From contig CAZNYN010000006.1 of the NCBI GenBank assembly GCA_964577295.1, positions 2,790-66,789 of the forward strand: 64,000 nucleotides of DNA, written 5' to 3'. Source of the DNA: an uncultured Synergistaceae bacterium. Lineage in GTDB: Bacteria > Synergistota > Synergistia > Synergistales > Synergistaceae. Positions 45,241 to 55,530 of the stretch are shown here, piece by piece. A model generated the notes under the pieces. That model did not search any database. It was not told where the DNA came from and saw nothing but the letters and a program-made list of their open reading frames with translations. The position numbers and the translations under genes are program-made. Each line of letters begins with the position of its first letter. Positions within the stretch are counted from its first letter, which is position 1.

Positions 45241-48200
45241 TCGTCCATTTTGACGCCTATGACCTGAGAAAGGCCCGGCTCGGAGAGAGTAACTCCGTAC
45301 AGTACGTCGGCGCGTTCCATTGTGAGGCGTCTGTGGGTCATGGCTAAAATCTGTCTGTTCTTTGCATACTCCTTGGTAAGCTCTGAAAATCTGCGGAGGT
45401 TCACTTCGTCAAGAGCCGCGTCTACCTCATCCAGAACAGCCAAAGGACAGCCTGCAACCTCCATGGAGGCAAATAACATCGAGATTGCGGCAAGAGACTG
45501 CTCTCCGCCAGAGAGCTGCTGTATGCTCTGGGGGTGCTTTCCGGGCGGACGCGCGACAAAGTCTACACCGGTGTCCCATATAGTCTCTCCCTCTGTCATT
45601 ACAAGATGAGCCTCTCCCCCTCCAAAGAGACGCTTGAAGAGGAAGCAGAACCTCTCGTCCACCTCTTTCAGGGCATCCGTAAATATCTTGTGTGCCTGCA
45701 TATCCGCATCGGATATCAGCTTTTCCAGTTCGGCGGCGCTTGCTCTTACATCGTCAAGGTGTTCGCCCAGAAATGCAAGCCTGTCTCTTAAACTTTGGTC
45801 TTCGGAGAGAACTCCCATGTTTACTGAGCCAAATGCCTTTATCTTTCTGTCTCCGTCTCTAATCTTTCTGCGCAGTTCGTCTATGTCCTCATCTTCGGGC
45901 AGAACTTCGCTCCCCGGATATGGATACTGCTCCTCCCAAGTATTTATGAGCTCTTCGAGCTCGCGCTCTGTCTCGCCTTTTTTTGCCTCTATCTGAGAAA
46001 TATTCTCCATGCCCAAACGGGATTTGACCTCTGCCGCGGACAAGCGAACCCTCTGGTAATCTCGTCTTTTTTCAAGAGATGAGTAGCCCGCAACATACTG
46101 CTCCACTTCGGCCATAAGCTCCTTGCGGCGAAGATGTATCTCCAAGCAGTTTTTGCCTACTCTTGCAAGGTTCGCTCTCTCTTTTACACAGCTTTGGTCA
46201 AGAGAGGAAAGTTCCTCGTCAAAGTCCCAAACTTTGCGTTCTTCCGTACGTATCTCCGCACTCACGCGCTCCATGAGGGCAAATTTTGAACGCATACGCT
46301 CCGCCGCAACTGCGGATTCGGCTCTTAGGCGTTCTCTTTCTTCTATAATCGCATGGTCGTCTTCCGCGTCCGAAGGGTTGTCCCACTTTTCCTCAAGTTC
46401 CGCCAGAGACTTTAATATCCTCTGCCAGTGTACGCCCTCTTCTTTTATTGACATGAGGACGCGGCCCCGCTCACCCTCCATACGCTTCTGTTCCTTGCTG
46501 TAAGACTCTTTCTGGTCAGAGATAACTGCTATTCTGCCGTCAAGTTCTCTTATCTGTCTCGTATATGCTTCTTTCTGCTCCGATACCGCAAGTTCCTCGG
46601 ATTCTGTCTTCTTAAAGTCTTTGCCCAGTTTTTCCGCGGCTGTCTGAGTTTCAGCGGCTTCCCGCTCGAGTCTGGCTATTTGAGCTTTGAGTTCGAGTGC
46701 CTTGCCCGCTTTTTGGGTTTTTCCGCCCGATACTGTGCCGCCGGGCTGAAATACGTCGCCTTCCATCGTTACTACAGGGCCTTTAAAACCGCCTCTGACT
46801 ATCTCCTGTCCCACAGAGTAGCTTTTGACAATGAGCAAATCTCCCATTATCTGCTGTATGGCGGGAAGCCAGTGAGTTTCAACTTTGACGAGGTCTATCG
46901 CCCATCCCACTATGCCGTTCATGGGAAGTCTGTAAGACTTGTCGGGGAATCTAGGGCGACAGCGTTCCAACGGAAGGAATGTCGCTCTTCCCGCGGAATT
47001 TGTCTTTAATTTATCTATACAGCGCCCCGCCTCTTCCAAATCTTCCACAAGAAGCTGGAATTGACGGCCGCCCAAATACGCTTCAAGAGCGGTGCCCAAA
47101 GAAGCATCGCATGTGAAAACATCTATAACTGCTCGCGGTGCGGCGTCAAGCCTGTTGAGCTTCGCCGACGAGAGCAGATATTGAACGGGTCGAGGATATA
47201 TCTCCGCCTGCATCGCATCGGAAACTTCGTTAAGCCTTGAACGGGACTGAGCCGCCTCTCTTTTTGCACGCTGAAGCTCCGATGCCAGAGTCTGAACCCT
47301 GGTGTATAGTTCTCCGTGGCGGGAGACTAACACTCCCTGCTCCGTCAGCAGTCTGTCGCGTTCCTTCTCATATTCTTTTATTTGAGAATCAAAGTCTTTT
47401 CTCGGATCCCGCTCCTGCATCTTTTTATCGCGCATGTCGAGAAGGTCTTTTCCCAGAAACTCCAGCTTCGCCTTTACCTGCTGAAGCTCCGCTTCCAGAT
47501 TGCCCTTCTCCTTGTTCCATGATTCGCGCTGAGCTTTTTCAAGCTCCATCTTTTCATTAAATTCCTGCCATTTTTTTTCTACTTCTTTTAGGGCGTTCTG
47601 AGCTGCTTCGAGAGCCTCACGCGCCTTTTTATTCTCCGCCGAAGATTCCGACTGCTCTTTCAGCAATTTTTCAAGATGTTCTTTTGCCTTTGTTCTGTCT
47701 TCCTTCGCCTGAGCCAGCCGCGCATTTGATGAACGAAGAGCCGCAGCGGAAGCGAAGCCCGATTTTGTAAGAGCATCGAACCTGCTTCTGCACTGCTCAA
47801 GTTCCCATGTCTGCTGCTGTCTTGCCTGAGCGGATTTTGAGATTTCGTTTTCCGTATTTTGCAGAGCGTTCTTCCACAGGGATAAAAACCATGTGATATT
47901 TGACCTTTTCGCATAGAGAGCTGCTGCTTCCGCTGTCAAGCTCTCTATGGCATTTTCCGCCCCGGCGCGTCTCAGCCAGTAGAGGAGCTTTCGCTCTTCT
48001 TCGATGCTGTCCAGTATCTCGCGAAGCTGAGCCGCCCTTTTTACTTCCGGAGCTATTTCGTCCCTGCGCACACCGAGTTCCGCCATAATATTGCGAAGCT
48101 GGTCATACTCTTCTTTTACTGTCAGCAGCCTGTCGGATGCATCTTTTCTTCTTTTCCTGTAGACATCTATTCCGAACAGTGTCTCCAGCCTTGTTCTGCG

Positions 48201-48650
48201 TTCGGCGGGGCGCTGCTGAATAACTTCAGTGACTTCGCCCTGCCCTATAAAGGCAAATCTGTCACCTTCGAGCTTCCATTCGCGCTTCACTTCATCAAGT
48301 TCGGTCAAGGTTTTTTTCATATTATCGACAAACGCGACTGTAGCCCCGTCGGGCGCAGTTACCCTGCGCTTGACGGAACATACTCTGTTCTCCTCGCGAA
48401 GCTGAAGTATGACTTCTGCCTCTTTTGCGGGCGGAAGGCTTACCGAGCCTTGAAACAGAAGTTCGCTTTGACGTGATATGCGAAGTCGGGACGCACTGCT
48501 GTCACCCAAAGACCACCTAAGAGCGTCAAGAAGGTTGCTCTTGCCGCTGCCGTTTGGCCCTACTATTGCGGTAAAACCCGAGGAGAGAAGGAGGTCGTGC
48601 GAACCTCCGAAACTCTTAAATCCCTTAAGCTGAAGACGACCTATGTACAA
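45231..48650 (-). CDS. smc: Chromosome partition protein Smc
   Basis: Walker A GPNGSGKSN, long coiled coils, signature LSGGEQS and Walker B LAVLDEVDAALD. I prefer the TTG start at 48650 (YIGRLQLKGFKSF), which follows GAGAGGG. Confidence 0.9.
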   Translation of the reverse strand: MYIGRLQLKGFKSFGGSHDLLLSSGFTAIVGPNGSGKSNLLDALRWSLGDSSASRLRISRQSELLFQGSVSLPPAKEAEVILQLREENRVCSVKRRVTAPDGATVAFVDNMKKTLTELDEVKREWKLEGDRFAFIGQGEVTEVIQQRPAERRTRLETLFGIDVYRKRRKDASDRLLTVKEEYDQLRNIMAELGVRRDEIAPEVKRAAQLREILDSIEEERKLLYWLRRAGAENAIESLTAEAAALYAKRSNITWFLSLWKNALQNTENEISKSAQARQQQTWELEQCRSRFDALTKSGFASAAALRSSNARLAQAKEDRTKAKEHLEKLLKEQSESSAENKKAREALEAAQNALKEVEKKWQEFNEKMELEKAQRESWNKEKGNLEAELQQVKAKLEFLGKDLLDMRDKKMQERDPRKDFDSQIKEYEKERDRLLTEQGVLVSRHGELYTRVQTLASELQRAKREAAQSRSRLNEVSDAMQAEIYPRPVQYLLSSAKLNRLDAAPRAVIDVFTCDASLGTALEAYLGGRQFQLLVEDLEEAGRCIDKLKTNSAGRATFLPLERCRPRFPDKSYRLPMNGIVGWAIDLVKVETHWLPAIQQIMGDLLIVKSYSVGQEIVRGGFKGPVVTMEGDVFQPGGTVSGGKTQKAGKALELKAQIARLEREAAETQTAAEKLGKDFKKTESEELAVSEQKEAYTRQIRELDGRIAVISDQKESYSKEQKRMEGERGRVLMSIKEEGVHWQRILKSLAELEEKWDNPSDAEDDHAIIEERERLRAESAVAAERMRSKFALMERVSAEIRTEERKVWDFDEELSSLDQSCVKERANLARVGKNCLEIHLRRKELMAEVEQYVAGYSSLEKRRDYQRVRLSAAEVKSRLGMENISQIEAKKGETERELEELINTWEEQYPYPGSEVLPEDEDIDELRRKIRDGDRKIKAFGSVNMGVLSEDQSLRDRLAFLGEHLDDVRASAAELEKLISDADMQAHKIFTDALKEVDERFCFLFKRLFGGGEAHLVMTEGETIWDTGVDFVARPPGKHPQSIQQLSGGEQSLAAISMLFASMEVAGCPLAVLDEVDAALDEVNLRRFSELTKEYAKNRQILAMTHRRLTMERADVLYGVTLSEPGLSQVIGVKMDEWA

Positions 48651-50130
48651 TTGCCCAGCCCTCTCTTTTTTGCAGCGCACTTATTCTGTGTTCCACCTGA
48701 GCAAGTCCGCCCTGGCTTTCAAGTCTGTATTTGCCCCATGAAAAATCGGGACAGCCTCTTATGAATATCTTTCTGTCAAATTCCTCTTCCCACAGTGCGA
48801 GGAAGGTCTCCGCGATATATTCAGCAACGGCAGTATGAGCCTCTACAAGCAGAGCTTCGGTGTTTGAGGAGGAGACTATTTTGCGGATAAAACGTTTTAT
48901 CTGCATAGCAACACCCTCTTCGCGCGTCACCCAGCCCAGCCCGCCGCAGAAGGGACAGCCGCGATTCAATGCGGCTCTTATATCAGTCCTTGCGCGTTTT
49001 CTCGTAATCTCCACAAGCCCAAGCCCCGTTACGCCATACACTCTGGCTTTGCACCTGTCTGTCTTGAAGAGCTCCTGAAGCTGAGATACAAGGTTATTTT
49101 TGTCCTCTTCCGTGTCCATATCTATAAAGTCAACGACCACTATTCCGCCGAGAGCCCTCAGTCTGAGCTGGCGCGCTATTTCCACGGACGCTTCCATATT
49201 TGTCTTGAGCACTGTGTCGTTGAGATTCTTTGAACCTACAAATTTGCCCGTATTGACATCTATTACGGTAAGAGCCTCCGTCTGATCTATTACGAGGTAT
49301 GCCCCCGAAGAGAGCCACACTTTCCTATCCTGAAGCTCTGCAAGCTGATTTTCTATGTTATAGATATCAAAGAGCGGCGTTTTGCCCTTGTAGAGATTTA
49401 CCTCTATCTTCTGTTCGGCAAAGAATTTTTTCACAAAAAGCTCTATATTGGCTTTGTCTTCTTCTGTATCGACAACTATCTCGTCAATATCATCGGTAAG
49501 TTCGTCGCGCAGAACTCTCTCCAAAAGTCCCAAATCCCTGTGTATGAGGCATGGAGCGCTGTTCTGGTTCGCCTTTTTCTGTATGGATTCCCACTGGGCG
49601 ACAAGCTCCTGAGCGTCATCCGAGAGACTTTCCAAGTCACAGTGTTCCGCAACTGTTCTTATAATTATTCCGAACCCCTGCGGTCGTATCTCTTTTGCTA
49701 TATTTCTGAGGCGCTGGCGCTCGTCCTCATCCTCTATGCGCTTTGAGACTCCGGTCTCGTGCCCTCCCGGGATAAGCACCATGTAGCGCCCCGCGAGAGA
49801 GACTCGCGGAGAGACTCGTGCGCCTTTGCCCTTACGCGCGTTCTTTACAACTTGAACCAGCATCTCTATGCCCGGTTTGACATCTATTCCGCGGACATCG
49901 TCAAGGTATAAAAAGCCGTTGCGCCCGTCCCCTAAATTGAGGAATGCCGAGTGCATTCCGGGAAGTACGCTGTCGACCCTTGCTTTGTATATCTCGCCTG
50001 TTCTCTGATGTTCGAGCATTCTTTCGAGGAAAAAGTCGTAGAGCTTTCCTTTTTCATCTAAAATTGCGATTCTGACCTCTTCGGGATCTATTAAATTTGC
50101 GACAATCTTTTTTGTCCAGCCATCTGCCAT
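48625..50130 (-). CDS. rng: Ribonuclease G/E-family endoribonuclease
   Basis: S1 domain (GEIYKARVDSVLPGMHSAFLNLG) plus an RNase E/G catalytic core. Start at the ATG after AAGGGGAGG. Confidence 0.85.
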   Translation of the reverse strand: MADGWTKKIVANLIDPEEVRIAILDEKGKLYDFFLERMLEHQRTGEIYKARVDSVLPGMHSAFLNLGDGRNGFLYLDDVRGIDVKPGIEMLVQVVKNARKGKGARVSPRVSLAGRYMVLIPGGHETGVSKRIEDEDERQRLRNIAKEIRPQGFGIIIRTVAEHCDLESLSDDAQELVAQWESIQKKANQNSAPCLIHRDLGLLERVLRDELTDDIDEIVVDTEEDKANIELFVKKFFAEQKIEVNLYKGKTPLFDIYNIENQLAELQDRKVWLSSGAYLVIDQTEALTVIDVNTGKFVGSKNLNDTVLKTNMEASVEIARQLRLRALGGIVVVDFIDMDTEEDKNNLVSQLQELFKTDRCKARVYGVTGLGLVEITRKRARTDIRAALNRGCPFCGGLGWVTREEGVAMQIKRFIRKIVSSSNTEALLVEAHTAVAEYIAETFLALWEEEFDRKIFIRGCPDFSWGKYRLESQGGLAQVEHRISALQKREGWAIVHRSSSA

Positions 50131-50144
50131 GTTAAGACCTCCCC

Positions 50145-50747
50145 TTAAATGAGCGGACGCATTGCTGCCGATTGAGAATCCCATCTTCCGACTCTCTCTC
50201 TGACAATACGCAGGTCTGTCCATCCTTCGCATATGCCCGCCTCTTTAAGAGCCTTTACAAGACTTCCGGCGCTGCAGTGCTCAAGATCTCCGACTGTTAG
50301 TGTCACTGTGCCGTTCTCTATGGCCGATGCAAAGAGCTCGCCCTTTGCCTTGGCCTCTTCCTCAAGTATTTCGAGCGCTCTGCCGTCAAGTTCGAAACCA
50401 CAGCCGTTCAGCGTGTATGTTCCCGCCGTGGCCAGCTTTGCAAGCGCAGGGCCGTCAACTTCCGCACACTTTAATATTTTTATACCGTGCGGCATATTTT
50501 TATTCCACTCTTCCAGATTGGAGTCATTCCACTCCTTAAACCAGAAGTCGGCAGGCTCTTCCTTGCCCTCTACCCCTATCGCAAGAGGAGGCCCAAGGCT
50601 TATGTGGGGATGAGGAGAGAAACCTTCCGTAAATTCCTGGATAAGCCCCGTGCGCCTTGCCGCACGCGAAAACATTGTCGGAAGATCCATGTGATTCACA
50701 AATGTGATCCACTCTTTTTTTTCAAATATTATTCTAATTCTCGGCAT
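50145..50747 (-). CDS. DUF2344 / TIGR03936-like radical-SAM-associated protein
   Basis: N-terminus RIRIIFEKKEWITFVNHMDLPTMFSRAARRTGL is characteristic as I recall it. It overlaps the upstream radical SAM gene by 14 nt. Confidence 0.7.
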   Translation of the reverse strand: MPRIRIIFEKKEWITFVNHMDLPTMFSRAARRTGLIQEFTEGFSPHPHISLGPPLAIGVEGKEEPADFWFKEWNDSNLEEWNKNMPHGIKILKCAEVDGPALAKLATAGTYTLNGCGFELDGRALEILEEEAKAKGELFASAIENGTVTLTVGDLEHCSAGSLVKALKEAGICEGWTDLRIVRERVGRWDSQSAAMRPLI

Positions 50748-52521
50748 AATTGCAGCCCCTCACGCTTGTCTTTCCCTGCCAGCCGCATCCGTTACATCCT
50801 TCGCGGCAGTCCTTCGTACAATCGGCGGAAAGAGCCTTCGCCCTTTCTCTCAGCAGATATGATTTTGTAACACCGGAATCGATATGATCCCAAGGAAGCT
50901 TTTCATCAAGAGACCTTGCGCGGCATGCGTAGCTGTCAGTGTCTATCTCAAGGTCGCGGAATACTTCCATCCATCTGTCAAAATTGAAGCACTCCGTCCA
51001 TCCGTCAAATCGTTCCCCGCGTCTCCATGCCTCTTCTATGGCATCGGCAAGACGAGCGTCTCCGCGTGCAAAAACTCCCTCAAGGTATGTCTGCTCCGGT
51101 TCATGGTAGGCAAGGCTCACCTTTCTGTTGCGTATGCTGTTTTTGACCCACCGTCCTCTTTCCTTAAGAGAAGCTCTGTCGAGCTGAGGTTCCCACTGGA
51201 AAGGCGTGTGAGCCTTCGGCACAAAGCCCGCAAGAGATGCATTCACATCTCCGCGTCTTTTGTGTTTTTTCGCTATGGAGACTGCTTTATTGCATATATC
51301 CAAAATTCCCGCGAGATCCTCGTCAGTCTCTGTAGGCAGCCCCATCATAAAGTAGAGCTTCACTCTGTCCCATCCGTGCGAGAATGTTGCTTCGAGAGCT
51401 GATTCTATATCCGCGTCACTGACACCTTTGTTTATAACATTGCGCAGCCTTTGAGTGCCTGCCTCGGGCGCAAAAGTCAGTCCACCCTTGCGTATGCTCT
51501 CGAGCCCTGCCGCCATATTGACGGAAAAGGCGTCTACGCGCAGACTGGGCAGGCTCAGCTTTATCTGGTTCTTCGCAAGCAGAGGCGCAAACCGCTTGAA
51601 TGTTTCGTCCAAAGGAGACCAGTCGCATGTAGCAAGAGAAAGCAGACCTACTTCCTCCCAGCCCGTATTGTCCAGAAGCTGAGAAACCTGCGAAACCACA
51701 GAATCGGCACTTCTTTCGCGCACAGGTCTGTCTATCATCCCGGCCTGACAGAAGCGGCAGCCTCTCGTGCAGCCTTTGAATACCTGAACGGCTATTCTGT
51801 CGTGAACTATGCCCGTATTCGGCACTATCATATCCGTGGGGTAGAACGAATTGTCCAAGTCCTCCGCTATTCTGCGCCTTACAGGCTTCGAAGGCGGAAG
51901 CTGAGGAACATAGACTCCCTCTATTTTTGACAGAGCTTCTAATTTTTCCGCTCTCGAACGTCCCTTCAGCGAGTGAAGCAGCTCATAGACTTCGGGAAGC
52001 AGAACTTCTCCGTCTCCTATGCAGAAAGCGTCTATAAAAGGCGCAACGGGTTCGGGAGAGAGAGCGCCGGGGCCTCCCGCAAGCACTATCGGATCGTTGT
52101 CGCCCCTGTGTTCGGAGCGGAAAGGTATTCCGCCCAGGTCGAGAATTGTGAGTATATTCGTGTAGGAAAGCTCATACTGCAATGTAAAGCCCACTACGTC
52201 AAATTCTGAGATAGGCCTTTTGCTCTCAAGAGACCACAGAGGTGTCTTTGAGGAGCGAAGCAGCTCCTCAAGGTCGAGCCACGGAGCATAGACACGCTCC
52301 GCATCGGCGTAAGGGAGTTTCTTTGTAAGAGAGTAGAGAATCTGAAAGCCCAGATAGCTCATACCCACTTCGTAAAGGTCGGGGAATGCGTAACAGACAC
52401 GCAGAATATCGGAGCCCTCTTTGACCGCGCCAGTCCCCCATTCGCCTCCGACGTACCTTGACGGACGTTTGACGCCGCCTAAGAGTCTGCGTCGGTTATC
52501 TGCCTCAAATTGCATCGGCAT
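50734..52521 (-). CDS. B12-binding-domain radical SAM protein (TIGR03960-like)
   Basis: Radical SAM cluster motif CTRGCRFCQAG. Start at the ATG after CAGGAGGA. Confidence 0.8.
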   Translation of the reverse strand: MPMQFEADNRRRLLGGVKRPSRYVGGEWGTGAVKEGSDILRVCYAFPDLYEVGMSYLGFQILYSLTKKLPYADAERVYAPWLDLEELLRSSKTPLWSLESKRPISEFDVVGFTLQYELSYTNILTILDLGGIPFRSEHRGDNDPIVLAGGPGALSPEPVAPFIDAFCIGDGEVLLPEVYELLHSLKGRSRAEKLEALSKIEGVYVPQLPPSKPVRRRIAEDLDNSFYPTDMIVPNTGIVHDRIAVQVFKGCTRGCRFCQAGMIDRPVRERSADSVVSQVSQLLDNTGWEEVGLLSLATCDWSPLDETFKRFAPLLAKNQIKLSLPSLRVDAFSVNMAAGLESIRKGGLTFAPEAGTQRLRNVINKGVSDADIESALEATFSHGWDRVKLYFMMGLPTETDEDLAGILDICNKAVSIAKKHKRRGDVNASLAGFVPKAHTPFQWEPQLDRASLKERGRWVKNSIRNRKVSLAYHEPEQTYLEGVFARGDARLADAIEEAWRRGERFDGWTECFNFDRWMEVFRDLEIDTDSYACRARSLDEKLPWDHIDSGVTKSYLLRERAKALSADCTKDCREGCNGCGWQGKTSVRGCNYAEN

Positions 52522-52624
52522 TTTTATAATCCTCCTGAAACACAGTTTTGCCCTGATATGAACAAACACCGTATCTAAATTTTACCGTCCTCCGTGTTCT
52601 GGCGGACGAGGTAATTTCTTTGTG

Positions 52625-53740
52625 TTAAAATCTATTTTCCTTTGACACTATGACAACGCTCTGCACAAGAGCCAGAGCGACTGCTACGGCAAGCAGTGCG
52701 CTTCCTCCGTAGCTGAAAAGAGGCAGAGGAAGTCCCGTGACCGGAGCAAGTCCCATGCTCATTGCGACGCTTTCAGTTATCTGAAACCATAGCCACGCCG
52801 CTATGGCCGTAACCATTATCTTCGCCTGCATATCCTTTGTATATTGAGCGGCAGCCAATATGCGCCACAGCAAAAGTCCGAAAAGCAGAAGAACTATGGA
52901 GCTTCCTATAAATCCAAATTCTTCCGAAAATACACTGAATATGAAATCTGTATGCGGCTCAGGCAGGAAGTGAAGCTTTCCCTGAGTTCCCTGCATAAAG
53001 CCCTTTCCCCAAAAACCGCCTGAACCTACCGCGATTCTTGACTGTATTACGTTGTAGCCCGCTCCTTGCGGGTCTATAGTCGGGTCTATAAATACCATCA
53101 TGCGCATTCTCTGGTACGGTTTAAGCACCAGCCACCCTACAGGCAGAAGTGCCAGTCCCGAAATAACCATGCCCGCCAAAAATTTTACCGGCGTACCTGC
53201 CACTATAAGCACGGCAAATAGCATAACAGAGTATACCAGAGCGCTTCCAAGGTCCGGCTGAAGCAGTATCAGCCCTATCAAAAAACCTGCCAAAAGCAGG
53301 GATGCGAATATGCCCTTAGCGTTTGTGGGAGGCAGCTTTGCACACAGCACGCTGAGTGCCATCGCAAGCACAACCTTCCCCATCTCAGAGGGCTGAAAGC
53401 GTATAAAGCCCAAGTTAAACCAGCTTTGAGCCCCTTTTGAGGTATGTCCCACTATCAGCAGGAGCACAAGCATTAAAGACAGAACACCAAACAACGGCAC
53501 GGTCAGAGACAGAATCCTTCTGTATCCGACCTTTAAGATTAACAAATATATGACGGCGCTCACTCCGCCCCAGATAAGCTGGCGGAGTGCATAGCCGGAA
53601 AGCCCCTTGTCCGCCGACGCGGGGCTGGCACTGTATATAGCCGCAACTCCAAGAAGAAAGAGCAGAACGACCAAGATAAGCATTACATAATCCGTATATG
53701 CTTTTATGTCGCTCCATCGGCTCGAAAGTCTTTCTGACAT
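52625..53740 (-). CDS. rodA: Peptidoglycan glycosyltransferase RodA (SEDS family)
   Basis: SEDS-type polytopic protein (QPSEMGK, PEPHTDFIFS motifs) in the mre/min context. Confidence 0.88.
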   Translation of the reverse strand: MSERLSSRWSDIKAYTDYVMLILVVLLFLLGVAAIYSASPASADKGLSGYALRQLIWGGVSAVIYLLILKVGYRRILSLTVPLFGVLSLMLVLLLIVGHTSKGAQSWFNLGFIRFQPSEMGKVVLAMALSVLCAKLPPTNAKGIFASLLLAGFLIGLILLQPDLGSALVYSVMLFAVLIVAGTPVKFLAGMVISGLALLPVGWLVLKPYQRMRMMVFIDPTIDPQGAGYNVIQSRIAVGSGGFWGKGFMQGTQGKLHFLPEPHTDFIFSVFSEEFGFIGSSIVLLLFGLLLWRILAAAQYTKDMQAKIMVTAIAAWLWFQITESVAMSMGLAPVTGLPLPLFSYGGSALLAVAVALALVQSVVIVSKENRF

Positions 53741-54010
53741 TTATTTACCTCTGGTGCGGCGCTCCATGTTCTTAAGAGGTATGCTTGCAACCAGAGCAAC
53801 GGAGCGATCCTCTCTGTTAAGTTCTATCTCTATTCCGCCCTCGTCTATCTCCAGGTACTTTTTGATTGTCTGAATCATCTCCTCGCGAAGCGCATTCAGC
53901 GTTTCGGGCGCTATGTCGTTTCTGTCGTGGATAAGGACAAGCTGCAGACGTTCCTTTGCGACAGATCCGCTCTTTTCTTTATTAAACATTTTGGACAGGA
54001 AATCAAACAT
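53741..54010 (-). CDS. minE: Cell division topological specificity factor MinE
   Basis: 89 aa with an N-terminal membrane-targeting/MinD-binding sequence (FLSKMFNKEKSGSVAKERLQLVL). It follows minD. Confidence 0.88.
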   Translation of the reverse strand: MFDFLSKMFNKEKSGSVAKERLQLVLIHDRNDIAPETLNALREEMIQTIKKYLEIDEGGIEIELNREDRSVALVASIPLKNMERRTRGK

Positions 54011-54018
54011 ACAATCAC

Positions 54019-54816
54019 CTACTTCAATCCAAATATTCTGGCGAAGAAACCTTTTCGTTCAGGCGTTAAATCAAGGAACGGAACATTTTCTCCGCAAATT
54101 CTCTTTGCGATATTGGAATAAGCCATGGCTGCCTTGGATGTTCCCGAAAGAGTCAGGGGCTCTCCTCTGTTTGACGATGTGACAATGCTCTCGTCGTCCG
54201 GGATAACTCCTATGAGGTCTATTGCCAAGATATCAAGGACATCCTGCACATCCAGCATCTCGCCGCGCTGTACCATGTCAGGTCTGATTCTGTTGACAAT
54301 AAGGCGGATCGGGGATTTGTTCATAGATTCAAGCAGTCCTATTATTCTGTCCGCGTCTCTTACTGCGGAGACCTCGGGAGTTGCTATCACAAGAGCCTCG
54401 TCCGCACCTGCCGCCGAGTTGCGGAATCCTGACTCTATGCCTGCGGGGCTGTCAACAAGGACAAAATCAAATTCTTTTCTGAGCTCCTCGCAAAGAATCA
54501 TCATCTGCTCCGCCGTAACCGCATCCTTCGTTCTTGACTGAGCTGTAGGTATCATATAAAGATTTTCAAGCCTCTTGTCCTTTATCAAGGCCTGATTCAA
54601 ACGGCAATTACCTTCGACTATATCAACAAGTGTGTAGACAATACGATTCTCAAGACCCATTATTACATCAAGATTCCTAAGGCCGACGTCTCCGTCGATA
54701 GCGACAACCTTGTGGCCGGCAGCGGCAAGCGCCACCGCCAAGTTGGCAGTGGTTGTGGTCTTTCCTACTCCGCCCTTACCGGAAGTTATGACGATTATCC
54801 TGCAGCTCAACTTCAA
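54019..54816 (-). CDS. minD: Septum site-determining ATPase MinD
   Basis: Deviant Walker A SGKGGVGKTT and a C-terminal amphipathic helix. TTG start follows AAGGAG. Confidence 0.92.
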   Translation of the reverse strand: MKLSCRIIVITSGKGGVGKTTTTANLAVALAAAGHKVVAIDGDVGLRNLDVIMGLENRIVYTLVDIVEGNCRLNQALIKDKRLENLYMIPTAQSRTKDAVTAEQMMILCEELRKEFDFVLVDSPAGIESGFRNSAAGADEALVIATPEVSAVRDADRIIGLLESMNKSPIRLIVNRIRPDMVQRGEMLDVQDVLDILAIDLIGVIPDDESIVTSSNRGEPLTLSGTSKAAMAYSNIAKRICGENVPFLDLTPERKGFFARIFGLK

Positions 54817-54825
54817 TCACGCTCC

Positions 54826-55506
54826 TTATATAATTGGCCAGTCTGTGACTGTTACTTCATCGTTAATGACAGTCACGACCGTTGGCTTACCCCAAAAATC
54901 AGAGGAAGATTCTATTATTCCTACCTTGCTTCCAATGCGAATCTGTCCTGCTTCCATAGCACATGCCGATACAGACATGCTGTTATCGCCGCCGCATCCG
55001 GCATGAACAAGACCGCTGAGGCGTCCGAGAACAACAATATGTCCTCCTGCCTTTACTTCCGCGCCCCTGTTTACATGACCTGCAACTATTATATCTCCGC
55101 TGTGAGAAAGGCTCTGTCCGCTGCGCAGATTTCCGCTGTATAAAAATCCTTTTTCTGCGGCATTATCGGAATTTGACACATTCGCCGACGAATGAGAAGA
55201 GATATCCGCATCGTCTTCGATAATAGAAAGCCCCAGGCGTTTGAGAACATTTTTTGAATCTTCGTCGTCCACAATCCACCCTGCCACATTGCACCCCGAA
55301 GGGGCTATAAAAATCTCCCATATTTTAAGCACAAGAGAAGGTGAAACCTGACGCGACTGCATATCGATAACAACGCGGAAGCTCTCTAAAAAATTCTGGC
55401 CTCTGTCGCTTACCGAGATAAATTCCTTTAACATCTCCTCCTCGCCTATATCATCAGGGACGATACATTTGAGAAATCCTGCCTGCCTGCCTTTAAGCTG
55501 AATCAC
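54826..55506 (-). CDS. minC: Septum site-determining protein MinC
   Basis: C-terminal beta-helix repeat region (GDIIVAGHVNRGAEVKAGGHIVVLGRLSGLVHAG), immediately upstream of minD. Confidence 0.85.
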   Translation of the reverse strand: MIQLKGRQAGFLKCIVPDDIGEEEMLKEFISVSDRGQNFLESFRVVIDMQSRQVSPSLVLKIWEIFIAPSGCNVAGWIVDDEDSKNVLKRLGLSIIEDDADISSHSSANVSNSDNAAEKGFLYSGNLRSGQSLSHSGDIIVAGHVNRGAEVKAGGHIVVLGRLSGLVHAGCGGDNSMSVSACAMEAGQIRIGSKVGIIESSSDFWGKPTVVTVINDEVTVTDWPII

Positions 55507-55530
55507 GGCATGCCCTCCTAACCTGCTCTA

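Noticed and set aside
48651-48680. Longer N-termini for smc (48680), rng (50232) and the radical SAM gene (52569) as given in the ORF track.
   Set aside because: In each case an internal start has a strong GGAGG-type RBS and gives the canonical family N-terminus. The extensions overlap the upstream gene and are Arg/Cys-rich.
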